Assembly (NCBI RefSeq): GCF_006345805.1
Contig: NC_042998.1
Location: 22,072,001-22,136,000, forward strand
Reading direction: 5' to 3'
Length of the DNA: 64,000 bases
Source: Octopus sinensis
Taxonomy: Eukaryota
Of this stretch, positions 24,529 through 36,654 are shown piece after piece. Made by a program: the position numbers and the translations under genes. The notes beneath the pieces are model-generated. The model saw nothing but the letters and a program-made list of their open reading frames with translations, searched no databases and was not told the DNA's origin. Every line of letters starts with the position of its first letter. Position 1 is the stretch's first letter.

Positions 24529-24849
24529 TATGGTAAACATGTAATGAAGTGGAATGTGAAAAAAATTAACCACAGAATATGTAGATGTGATAAAGAATCA
24601 ATCAGTCATATTGGCTCTGGATGGTAAATTTATAAGTCCAGCACTATATATATATAAAATTTACTGTTTACAAAAGTTGGGATGCATGGTGTTTAGTTCT
24701 TCAATAAATGAAAAATGCATTAAATAGACAATGATAGCTAAAAGACATACACATAGGACAGACACAGAAGGACCCTAATTCTTCATCACTTACCAACCAA
24801 ATGGTTATGCTCAGTTTCATGCCTTTAATAATAATACTGAGAAATTTGT

Positions 24850-25105
24850 ATATCAACACCCTGAGCATTCCACAGACATGCGTACCCTTAATGTAGTTCA
24901 CTGGGGACTTTAGCGTGACACAGGATGTGATAAGGCTGGCGCTTTCTATGAAATACAGTTACTATTCATTTTTGCCAGCTGAGTCGACTGGATCGATGTG
25001 AAATAAAGTGTCTTGCTCAAGGACACTACGCCTCAATGGGAATTGAGCTCACGACCTTATTATTGTTAGCTGAATGCCCAAACCACTAAGCCACGCACCT
25101 TCACT
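24850..25105 (-). mobile_element. SINE family E
   Basis: Reverse complement GTGAAGGTGCGTGGCTTAGTGGTT...GTGTCCTTGAGCAAGACAC; matches 39872 and 41801. Confidence 0.8.
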
Positions 25106-25160
25106 TGGCTACGTGCCTTCACCCCCCCCCACATATATATATATATATATATATATCTAT

Positions 25161-25195
<35 letters not shown>

Positions 25196-25462
25196 TTTAT
25201 TTGTGGGTTAACAAGGCAACCAATGGTTTCATGTGAGGTGATCTTCACAATTGTTCAAGTGTACTCATTTCATGTTACTCATTGTATTCATGAACAAATG
25301 GAAATTAGTATTAGTACTCATCTACATTTTGGATGAGACCCTCATCGTTACCATCATCGTTGAAAATGTTTATATATATTACACCTATAGATATTTCTTT
25401 TGTTATTAATAATCAACAAAAGTTACAGTGTGTTTGTATATGTATGTGTGTGTATATACATA

Positions 25463-25515
<53 letters not shown>

Positions 25516-25695
25516 TATTGGTGTTAGGAAGGGCATCCAGCCATAAAAGCCATGCCAAAACAGACACAGAAGTCTTGTGCAGGGTTCTGCCTGGCTAGTT
25601 CCTGTCATACTGTCCAACCCATGCCACTATGGAAGGAGTACGGAGGATGTTAAACAATGATGATAATGATATATATATGTGTGTGTGTGGTGGTG

Positions 25696-25728
<33 letters not shown>

Positions 25729-26105
25729 CACAGACACAGACACACACACCCACACATACATATGTGTGTGGTGGTGGTGGTGGGGAAATTGGTAATGAAC
25801 AATGAATTCAAGAGCAAAAACAAAACCAACAAAAGTCAAACGGATGTACAAAATTAATATATTAGCTTCATGCTTTATGAAAGTTATATACATACATATA
25901 TATATGTATATGTATATATGTATTAGATTTTTATGTGCATATGCATATTTATGAGTTTGTGAGTGTGTTTGCGTGCATCTTTACCAAGATACATCTAATA
26001 ATACTGTTTACAAACCTATCCAACTTGTGTTGGCATCGGAAGAAAAAAAATGGCACCAAAATATGAAGAAGATGCTGATACTGATGATGATGATGGCAAT
26101 GATGA

Positions 26106-26137
<32 letters not shown>

Positions 26138-26259
26138 TTGGTGGAGTTAATGGTACTGGGTTTTTTTTTTTTTTTGCATAGAAAACATTGACTGCGTTTA
26201 TGAGTCCGCGTATACCTGTGCAGATGTACGCAATATAGTACAATACACTTTATGTTTAT

Positions 26260-27110
26260 CGATGTATGGATTTGTATCTGTGCGTATATCAGTTTGTGTA
26301 CATAACACTGCGTGTTTATGAATAAATGTATATGCGTGTGTGACTGTACACAAGTGTCCGTGTAAGGATGTGTGTGTGTGCTTATTAGGGTGTTTGTACA
26401 TATGTGTATGTGTGGTGTATGCGTGTGCATATGTGTGTGTATGCCTATATGCATGCATGTATCTATGTATGCATCTGTATGTCTTTGTTTATATATGAAT
26501 GCACACATTTGATAAGTTCGTACATATGTATTTATTTGCATATTTGTGTTTCCGTGTATGTAGGTATGTATGTATGTGTGTGTGTGTATGTATTTAACGT
26601 ATATATAAGTATGTGTGTGTATTTATGTAAATGTATGCATAAGTATGTATGTATGTTTGTATGTAAATGCATGTATGTATGTGTGTGTAAGTATGTATGT
26701 ATTTATGTATATGCATGTATATATTAGTATGCGTGTGTGTATTTAAGTAAATGTATGTATGTGTAATCAGGTATGTATCTATGTAAATGCATGTATGTGT
26801 ATGTATGTATGTGTATGCATATATGTGTGTGTATGTATGTGTAAGTATGTATGTATGTATTTATGTAAATGTATGTGTGTGTGTGTATATTTATGTAAAT
26901 GTATGTATGTGTAAGTATGTATGTATGTCTAAGTATGAATGTATGAACGTATTTACTTATGTATATGTATGTCTATGTATGCACTAGTCTGTGTTTTAAT
27001 GTGTGTATTTAAGAGTATTTTCATAATAAACACACACACGCACATTCACACACACACGCACACATGCACGTGCGCGCGCACACACACACACACACACACA
27101 GAGCTGCATG
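26260..27110. repeat. Degenerate (TG)n/(TATG)n microsatellite
   Basis: Direct inspection. Confidence 0.95.
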
Positions 27111-27744
27111 CAAGTCTTATTGTAGAAATTTCTAATATTGGTGCAAAGTCACACAAAATTTCAAGGTAAAACAGGTGCTAATTATTTAATCAACCCCAAT
27201 ACCTTACTGGTACTGCATGTGTATTGAATATAATATATGTATATATATATATATATATGTGTGTGTGTATGTGTGTGTGCATGTATGTTTTCATATTTAT
27301 ATGTATGTATGCATATATATGTGTGTGAGTAAATTGGCGAAATGTCATGAATATGCCTGTACATGTGTGTGCATATTTATGAGTGCATGCATGCATATGT
27401 ATCTGCGTATGCTTGTATGTATGTATGTGTGTGTGTGTAAGCTGTTAAAGAAGGATGTGTGTGTATTCATATGCATGATGTGGTGGCTGTGATTGTGAGG
27501 AGAGGGGGAAGATGAAGTGACAAGATAGGAATGTAATTCGGTTACATGCAACAGCATTCCACCATCATCCCCACCACCATCACCACCGCCACCACCACAA
27601 CCGGCACCCCCTCCATTCCCCTCATCTGCATCTGCAGGTGTAGAAACTAACTGCTGCATATGATAAGACTGTTGCAGTGCGCATGCATGCAAGCGTGTGT
27701 GGTGCACGCATGTATATACATGCATTTACATAAATGTGTGTTTG

Positions 27745-27777
<33 letters not shown>

Positions 27778-28184
27778 CTGTATTTGTGTGTGTGTGTGTA
27801 GGGTCTGCAAACGTGTGTGAAATGACATCCTCCTCAACGATTATAGGTGCAAATCATAATCGTATTGGGCTGTTATAAAAGTAGATCAATTCTTGATGCT
27901 TAATTTAGTTTCACTTTCTTCTGTTTATCATGTTTTTGTTTCGTTTATTTTGCTTGTACATTTGTTTGTTTGTTTGTTTGTTTCGTTTGCTTATCTTTGC
28001 ACGGTTCAACTCCTAATGAATGCTGAAGTTTCTTAATGAACAACTTGCTTTAGTTATTCTAACGACTAGTTGAGTTGAAGACTTAATGACTGCCTTTTTA
28101 AGTTAGCTCCCTAATGAATGTCTGAATGATTAACATCAACTTTGCTTTCTAATTATTGTTTACAAGCCAGCGTAAGAGCATCTA

Positions 28185-28605
28185 ATGTGTGAGTCAATGT
28201 AGCAGCATCTTATGTGAGAGTCAATGTAAAAGAGTCTAATGTGAGAATCAATGTAAGACCATTTATTGTAAGAGCTAATGTAAGAGCAATTATTGAGAGA
28301 GTCTATGTAAGGGAGTTGAATGTGATAGTCAATGTATGGGACTCAATGTAAAAAGTGCCCAGTGTGAGAGTCAATGTAAGAGCATCAAATGTGAGAGTCA
28401 AAATAAGAGAGTCTAATTTGAGAGTCAAATTGTGAGAGCCAATGTAACAGCATCAAATGTGAGAGTCAAAATAAGAGAGTCTAATTTGAGAGTCAAAGTG
28501 TGAGAGGCAATGTAAGTCTCAAGTGTGAGAGCCAGTGTAAGAGTCAATGTCAGAGAATCTAATATGAGAATCAATATAAGAATGTTTCATGTGTGAGTCA
28601 ATGTA
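28185..28605. repeat. 13-14-bp minisatellite (AATGTGAGAGTC-like) with a 68-bp higher-order unit
   Basis: 28373-28440 and 28441-28508 are near identical. Confidence 0.9.
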
Positions 28606-29020
28606 AAACTATCTATTTTGGTCACTCAACCTGGCCCACTTGAAATAGCAGCCGAATTATCCTCAGAATCACAAAAACCTCATCTATATCATATTACATG
28701 AAAGAAAAAGACACATTAAAAGGACAGGATGGTCATGGCCTGATTGCTTTTGATCATAGGTCTGTCTGAGGATCTGTGTTGATCTGGTCTTAAACCATAA
28801 GAATAGTTCATTATGAAAATCTCTAGTAATGACTCTTTGGTTGAGAAACTTGCCTTACAACCTTGTGGTTCTAGGTTCAATATCACTGTCTGGCACCTTT
28901 GGTAAATGTCTTGTACTGTACTCCTTGGCCAACCAATAGCTTGTGAGCAAATTTGGTAGATGGAAACTGAGTGGAATCTTGTCATTTATAGTTCACTGAC
29001 AATGTTCTTATTTTCCTGTC

Positions 29021-29059
<39 letters not shown>

Positions 29060-29375
29060 CATATATATATATATATATGCTTGTTCCTTCTCGAGCCATG
29101 CCTGGCTCATAGGGCTGGTTTCCCGGTTTCCTTGGCATATAGGTTCTTCCACCTGGATGGGACGCTGGTCCGTTGCACATGAACTGCATGATGCAAGAGG
29201 AAAGAGTGAGAGAAAGCTGTGGCGAAAGAGTCAGCAGAACTCGCCATTACCTTCTGCTGGAGCCGCATGGAGCTTTGGTGTTTCACTCATAAACACACAC
29301 ATCGCCCAGTCTGAGATTTGAACCCATGATCCTCGACTGTGAGTCTGCTGCTCTACCACTTGGCCATGTGCCTCC

Positions 29376-29449
<74 letters not shown>

Positions 29450-30479
29450 TGTGTGTGTATATCTGTGTCCCATACTCTGCTTGACACCTGGTGTTGGTTT
29501 GTTTATGTCCTCATAGCTTAGTGATTCAACAAAACAGACCAACAGACAAAAAGTATCAGATTTAAAAAATAAAATTAGCAAAATACTGAGGCCAATTCGT
29601 TTGGCTAAACCCCTCAAGATGGTGCCCCAGCATGGCCCGTGTCCAATGTCAGAAACAGCTAAAAGGCCAAAGCTATGTCTCTCCTTATTTCTTCATCTCT
29701 CCACTTTCAGGAAAGATTCTTAAAAAAAAAACCCAAAGAATTAATTCTTTGCTGCAAAAAAATATGAGAAAAAAAAGAGAAAAAAGCAAGAAAAAAAAAA
29801 GAGATCACCACCAAAATAATTTCTTTTTACATAATCTCTTGGGAAAAAGTAAAACATGAGATATCTTTATTTTCCAATTGATTTCTTGAACTCAGTCACA
29901 TGCAATCAATGGATGAGAAAATTCTATTGAATTTAGAAGAGATGAGGGGAAAATAGAAGTTATGATGTAGTCTTTGGTGCTTGCTTCATTTAAACAGGGA
30001 TTTCTTATAGAGTTAGTCACAGTCCTAAATTTATTGATTTCTCTCGTGTGCACCGAGTCACAATTTTTGGAGGATGTGTTTTGATGATTCTTGCAGCCAG
30101 CTTCATTGGTTCCATGTTTTATTGATCCAATTTTTTTGGTGGGGGGGGGGGAGGAGGGATGGATGGATTGACAGGAGCTGGCAAGCCGAGGAGTTGATGT
30201 GAAGCCGTCTAACCCATGCCAGCAGCATGGAGGATGGATGTTAAATGATGAAATGATGATGATATGATGATGATGATGAAGATTATGATGATGATATGAT
30301 GATGATGATGAAGATTATGATGGTGATGGATGTTAAATGATGATATGATGATGATGATAAAGGAGATTATGATGATGAAGATTATGATGATGAAGATTAT
30401 GATGATGATGGTTGATAAATGATGATATGATGATGATGATGATGAGTACATCAACATAAAAAAATCAAATGGAAATTGT

Positions 30480-30810
30480 AGTGGTGATACCTGTGCCGGT
30501 GGCACGTAAAAAGCACCATCCGAACGTGGCCAATGTCAGCGCCACCTTGACTGGCTTCTGTGCCAGTGGCATGTAAAAAGCACCAACCAATCATGGCTGC
30601 TGCCAGCCTCGCCTGGCACCTGTGCCAGTGGTACGTAAAAAGCACCCACTACACTCACGGAGTGGTTGGCATTAGAACGGGCATCCAGCTGTAGAAACAC
30701 TGCCAGTTCAGACTGGTGCCTGGTGCAGCCTCCTGGCTTCCCATACCCTGGTCGAACTGTCCAACCCATGCTAGCATGGAAAACAGATGTTAAACGATGA
30801 TGATGATGAT
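30480..30810 (+). mobile_element. Family C element with internal GTGCCRGTGG..CGTAAAAAGCACC repeats
   Basis: Three internal repeat units followed by the family C 3' end and (GAT)n. Confidence 0.85.
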
Positions 30811-31094
30811 TTTGATTATGATGATGATGGATGTTAAATGAAAACATGATGATGATGATAATGATGATGAGGAATGACAATCACTGTTGACCTTGAGCTC
30901 TTTCGCTATTTCTCTGTTTGTTTTACTCTCTCAGTCACTCTCCTTTCTTTTCCAACTAAGGTATCCATGTATCTATTCTACATCAAAACACCTCCATCTG
31001 TCCCCTCTATACCCCTAATCTCTCAACTGGCACAAAATCACCCCGCCCTTCAATACTACTCCTCTGTCCCACTTGCGAGGATTTTGCTTTGCAA

Positions 31095-31355
31095 GGTACT
31101 TGGTGGCTTTGTCAGTACCCCAAGGTACTTGGTGACTTTGTCAGTACCAGTGTCGCACAAAAAGCAACCATGCTGGTGCCACGTAAAGAGCACCCAGGAC
31201 ACTCTGTAAAGTGGTTGGCGTTGGGAAGGGCAACCAGCTGTAGAAACTGCCAAAGCAGACTGTGGAATGTGGGGTGGTTCCTGGCTTTGCCAGCACCAGT
31301 CAAACAGTCAAATCCATGCCAGCATGGAAAGTATTAAGTGATGACGACGATGATG
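31095..31355 (+). mobile_element. Family C element
   Basis: GTGGTTGGCGTTGGGAAGGGCAACCAGCTGTAGAAAC...CCATGCCAGCATGGAAAG. Confidence 0.8.
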
Positions 31356-31578
31356 ACAAACCTACACAAGTGAATGGGTGAAAAGCAAAGATGAATTTGA
31401 AAGAAGTTTTTTATTGAACCAGAACAAAATAGTAATTAAAGTGCTAGCACCACAAAAAGCTTCCAAAACATTCAATAAAGTGGTTGGCATTAAGAAGGGC
31501 ATCCAGTCATAGAAACCGTGCCAGAACAGACGATTAGAACCTGGTGCAGCTCTTCAGCTTGCCAGCTTCTGTCAAACC

Positions 31579-31814
31579 TATTTCTTTACTACCCACAAGG
31601 GGCTAAACACAGAGAGGACAAACAAGTACAGACAAATGGATTAAGTCGATTATATCGACCCCAGTGCGTAACTGGTACTTATTTAATCGACCCCAAAAAA
31701 GATGAAAGGCAAAGTCGACCTCGGCGGAATTTGAACTCAGAACGTAACGGCAGACGAAATACGGCTACGCATTTCGCCCGGTGTGCTAACGTTTCTGCCA
31801 GCTCGCCACCTTTG
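31579..31814 (-). mobile_element. SINE family B monomer inserted in a family C element
   Basis: Flanked by GTCAAACC at 31571-31578 and 31815-31822. Confidence 0.88.
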
Positions 31815-32354
31815 GTCAAACCATCCAACCCATGCCAGTATGGAAAACAGATGTTAAGTGATGATGATGATGATGATGATGATGAAAGGGTTCCATAAAT
31901 AAAAAAGAAAATAGTTGAGAACTATTGATCTCAATCAAGTAAAATATCTACGGATGTTGTCGGCATATTTAAAGAGACTTACTAGAACTGTAGGGCATGT
32001 GCATCACCCTGTGTTATCACTTATTAAATTAATCAAATCGCCTCTTCACTTAATGCAAATGAGACAAACTGGAATCTATTGTTTTGCACAAGGCTTCGTA
32101 ATTAGTTGTTTCCACGAAAGGAAGGATGATTTAGAATGATTTGCTTCAGAGCTTTCTTTTTAATCTTTTCAATCAAGTGAGAAGGTTGTGCATTTGACCC
32201 TTTAACATTCAGATTTTTCTGTCAAATGCAATCCTTACTGACCCCCCCCCTTGAAATTGCTAGTCCTATGTCAAAAATTAAAAAGAATTACTACCAAAGC
32301 AGACCCTCATTAGCTTCTGCAGATTCAGGATTTCTGTAACCATATATATAATAA

Positions 32355-32393
<39 letters not shown>

Positions 32394-32470
32394 GGAATAT
32401 AATTGCAGAACTTACAGGGAAAAATTCAATTTAACAATTTTAAATCAAATATATAATATATGTATATGAT

Positions 32471-32757
32471 TTAGAGAAAAGCCACTATTAAACAATTCAA
32501 TAAAGAAAGATGTTATTCACACCATATAGAAAACATATACTATAAAAAAAACCTTATTTTAAATCAATAAAGTACAATAAATAGTAAACAGTAGTAAAAA
32601 ACTATTCGTGTTTCATGTCTATGTTTTCAAATAGATCAACATAATAAAATCAATTCGATTCAAAATTAAATCAAACTAAAATTAATTCTATTTAAAAATA
32701 TAGTCACTCATCAGGTCTAAGATAATAAATAATAAAAAAAGTAATAATAGAATAAAT
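32471..32757 (-). mobile_element. AT-rich micro-element carrying a hammerhead motif; second copy at 60499-60778
   Basis: About 280 bp of near-colinear match to 60499-60778, including GTCACTCATCAGGTCTAAGATAATAAATAAT. Confidence 0.85.
32599..32718 (-). ncRNA. Minimal type I hammerhead motif with extended stem II
   Basis: AGAC-CTGATGA-GTGACTATATTTTTAAATAG...CTATTTGAAAACATAGACAT-GAAA-CACGAA-TA-GTTT. Confidence 0.5.
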
Positions 32758-32889
32758 GTACTTATCTTAACTTATACTAATTATCAAATAAATATATAAA
32801 AAATATGTGTGTTAACTATAAATAATCAAAAAATATTTAACAATATGTCTTAAAATAAAAATATAAACTTATCTTGTCGAAGGATTTTC

Positions 32890-32933
<44 letters not shown>

Positions 32934-32934
32934 A

Positions 32935-33244
32935 TTATAAATAAGAGCAAAAGAAAAACATTTCTATGCCAATATGCTGAGAAATAGACTTTAATCATCA
33001 ATCACCACATACAGTATACATCACTATAAAATACACTACTGATGAGGTGAAAAATCCATTGGATTGATCTCGAAATTGATCAATACAGAGGTAACGCATT
33101 TAAAAAAAATTCTGTTAGCTTGCTTTCCTCAATTCAGCATGATGTGTATTTTATAGTGATGTATATTGTATGTGGTGTTTGAGGATTTAAAGTCTATTTA
33201 TCAGCATATTGGCATAGAAATTTTTCTTTCACCCTTATTTATAA
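32935..33244. mobile_element. Fold-back element with arms of about 100 bp and a hammerhead motif in the loop
   Basis: Arms 32935-33036 and 33144-33244; (TA)n on the left. Confidence 0.85.
33034..33090 (+). ncRNA. Minimal type I hammerhead motif
   Basis: CACTA-CTGATGA-G..AATCC-att-GGATT..C-GAAA-TTGATCAA (perfect palindrome)-TA-CAGAG; stem I carries 2 mismatches. Confidence 0.55.
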
Positions 33245-33859
33245 ATGTTTTAAAGGTATTTTGATATGCTGGCCACTTGATGAAATTTTTTGAAAAAATT
33301 TTATCCTATATGAGAAGTATGGGTGTGTGTGTGTGGATTGTTGGCAATTTTTTTCCCTGTCTTCCTTTTTTGGGGGGGACTTTCCTCTGTGCCCTGTTTC
33401 TGAAGAAGAGCCTTGCTTAAAATGTAAAGCACCCTTTCTTTCCTTTCCTGAGTGTCTCATTAATACCTTGCATGTACCACATTCTCGCATATATATGACA
33501 GGCTTCCTTCAGTTGCCGTCTACCATATCCACTCACAAGGCTTTGGTTGGCCCAAGGCTATAGTTGAAGACACATGCCCAAGGTGTCATGCAGTGGGACT
33601 GAACCTGGAACCATGTGGTTGGTAAGCAAGCTACTCACCATATATATATAAAGAATACGAAGGGTTTAGTTCACTAGTGACCTAAACGAATAGGTACACT
33701 GGATAAGTGCTATGGTTGGTTGACCCTTAGGTTCCAGATCACAGCTAAGGCAGGATCTGTGGATCCGTGTTAGGATTCTGTTATAGCGGGTGTATATTTT
33801 ATTGGAGGAAAAATCAAAACCGAGGCAGAACCAAGTCATTTAGAATAATTTAATTTTAA

Positions 33860-33935
33860 GTCTTACAGCCGTTTCTGGGATAACCCAAGTGGAAGGTTAG
33901 CATGTCCATGCAGTGGGTATTCTATCATCAGAGAC
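33860..33935 (-). ncRNA. Minimal type I hammerhead ribozyme, best-preserved copy
   Basis: GTCT-CTGATGA-TAGAATACCCA...TGGGTTATCCCA-GAAA-CGGCTG-TA-AGAC: core intact and stem I a perfect 4 bp. Confidence 0.7.
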
Positions 33936-34425
33936 AAGGTATGAATATTTTAGATGGGGCAAATTTACAGTTTACAAGGAATAAAATTCACAGTTTATAA
34001 AGAATAAAATACAGCCTTTTTTTTACAATAAAAAATAAGAATGGTAAGATATTTTATCAAGGCATTAAATAGATAAGCCTTTATTCCATGTCAAACATTA
34101 AAAAAATGTGATGAGGTCATTTAAAACAAAATTTCTTATGGTAAATTTTCCTATGGCAAAAATGTATATGGTAAATTTTGCACCAATACTAGAAACATGG
34201 CTATATCTTCAACAACAGTAAAGGGTTCTATGAATTTTATCTATTATTTCCATTTGTTTGTCAACCAACCTGAAGAGTGTACTGGGTGCATTTTATGCGG
34301 GTAGCAGCAGTATTGAGATTGACTTGTACCTTGTGGTTAATAGTTCTTGCTATGATCTGTTTGTTAGTCCAAAGCAACATGACTGAGAGGATGAATAGAA
34401 CATATATATATATATATATATATAT

Positions 34426-34812
34426 ACTAGCAGTATCGCCCGGCGTTGCTCAGGTTTGTAAGGGAAATAACTATAAAGCATTTTTAGAGAGTTATAGCCA
34501 AAAAATAGCAAAAAAATGGAAAAAAAATGATGGTAAATTTTTTTTTGAGAGTAAAAAAAGGTTGAGTTGCGTCCCCTAGACAGTCTGTGGTTTGTTTTTT
34601 TTTATTCTCGACCCCATATCGAATTTATCGATTTTTTTCAGAACTGGGGGAACTTTTCAAAATTTTCGCTGCGTTAGTTTTGAATTATGACATTGGGCTA
34701 TGTGTGTGTCAAGTTTCATCAGAATCGGTTGAAAGCCGTGGTCAGAGTGAGGGTACAAGCAAACAGACACACAGAAACACGCACAGACAAACTGCCGTTT
34801 ATATAGAGAGAG

Positions 34813-34820
<8 letters not shown>
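34426..34820 (+). mobile_element. Non-autonomous Helitron/Helentron-like (DINE-1/Lep1-like) element
   Basis: T|ACTAG start, subterminal CCCGGCGTTGCTCAGG near-hairpin, AAGTTTCATCAGAATCGGTTG motif, CAGA/CACA microsatellite and CCGTTTATATAGAG end. Confidence 0.65.
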
Positions 34821-34847
<27 letters not shown>

Positions 34848-35229
34848 GAGAGGGGCGAGAGAAAGAGCAATGACATCATGGGTTCTGACTAGGGGTGGGG
34901 TTCCTCAACAACAGCTATTGACAGAAAACCATTCCGTTTTTTAACATCAATGAACAATCAATATCGTTGCAGAACAAAACAACAGTTGTTCAATAGGATA
35001 AAATACATAATTATATAAGTAATAGGAGGTTATGAAAATTCTGGACAAAAGAATTTATTTGCTTCCATCCCCCCCCACACCTTTCCTGGGGGTGGGGCAT
35101 TGTTTCTGACTTTTGCTCATTGTGAAATAACCAGATATTGAAATGGAAGTTAGATATTAAATTCTGCCCAACCACAAAACAACAAGTTTGCTTTCAGTTT
35201 GATAATTATATGTGTTGGTATCACACAAA

Positions 35230-35880
35230 AGCAACCTGTGCAGGTGCAAAGTAAGCAGCACCTGTGCTGGTGGCACATGAAAAGCCCCTGTGCTGGTGCT
35301 ATATAAAAGCACCTGTGCTGATCAAAGTAAATGGCACCTGTGCTGGTGGCACACAAAAAGCACCTGCGCTGGTGTCATATAAAAAAACACCTGTACTGGT
35401 GTTAAATAAAAGCGCCTGTGCTGATCGAAGTAAATGTCACCTGTGCTGGTATCATATAAAAAAAGCACTTGAGCTGACGCTATATAAAAGCACCTGTGCT
35501 GATCAAAGTAAATGGCACCTGTGCTGGTGGCACATGAAAAGCACCTGTGCTGGTGGCACAAAAAAGGCACTTGTGCTGGTATCATATAAAAAGATACCTG
35601 TGCTGATGTAAACGGCACCTGTGCTGGTTGGTGTATTGTAAAAGGCACCTGTGCTGGTGGAACATAAAAGTCACTGGTGCTGGTGCCATCTAAAAAACAC
35701 CCACTCTGTAAAGTGGTTGATGTTAGGAAGGGCATCCATCTGTATAAAGCTTGCCAAAACAGACAGCTGGAGCTTGGTGCAACTCTCTGGCTTGCCAGCT
35801 CCTGTCAAACCATCCAACCCATACCGGCATGGAAGACAGATGCTAAAGGATGATGATGATGGTGGTGGTGGTGGTGATGA
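35230..35880 (+). mobile_element. Family C element with a greatly expanded internal GCACCTGTGCTG VNTR
   Basis: About 15 CACCTGTGCTG-like motifs in 35230-35700, followed by the family C 3' end. Confidence 0.85.
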
Positions 35881-36623
35881 TGATGATGATTGTGCTGGTG
35901 GTGGTGGCAGTGGTAGCTCTGATGATGGTGATGATGATGATGATTATGCTGGTGGTGGTGATGGTGATTGTGGTGGTGGTGGTGGCAGTGGTGACGCTGA
36001 TGATGATTGGTGGTGGTGGTGGTGGTGTTGGAGGCAGTGGCACTGTTGTCAGTAATGATGATGATGATGATGGTGATGATTTACTCAAGCAAAGTCTAAT
36101 ACGTCACTCTATTTTTCCTTTCACCTTTCTTTCTCGCGATTGTTTATTTATTTCTACCTTATCGAAGAATGCAGGACGGTTTGTGTGTGTGTGTGTGTGT
36201 GCGCGGTGTTGGAGCTAAGTTTCGCCTTTAAACCATCCTACTGTAAAGCAACAAAGTTTTCCTTAAATTCCACCCCTCTGCAACCAGCATCCTGCGAAGC
36301 AAGATAAGAGCAGATAACTTCATTTGTCTCCGTTTCAAGACCATTGACAGCCAACCTTGTCTCGTGTTAAGCATTTATTTCCTATCCTAATTCTGCTAAT
36401 CTCGGTAGGAAGAAAGGTTAGATCAACTTTTCCCGCCCTCTTATATCCCTTCCTATCTCCAACGATAAAAAATAAAAAAAAAAATGCAAGAAATTCTCTT
36501 AAAAATTCCTTCTTAAATGACGAGAGAGAGAGATTTCGTATTTAAAGCAAAAAAAAAAAAAAAAAAAAAAAATTAATGGCCAAGGATTTAGTGAAATCTC
36601 TTAATTCCTGTGAAATAAATGAA

Positions 36624-36654
<31 letters not shown>

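Noticed and set aside
28185-28605. CRISPR-like interpretation of this and the 42610 array
   Set aside because: Eukaryotic context, no constant repeat with unique 25-45-nt spacers and no cas genes; these are minisatellites.
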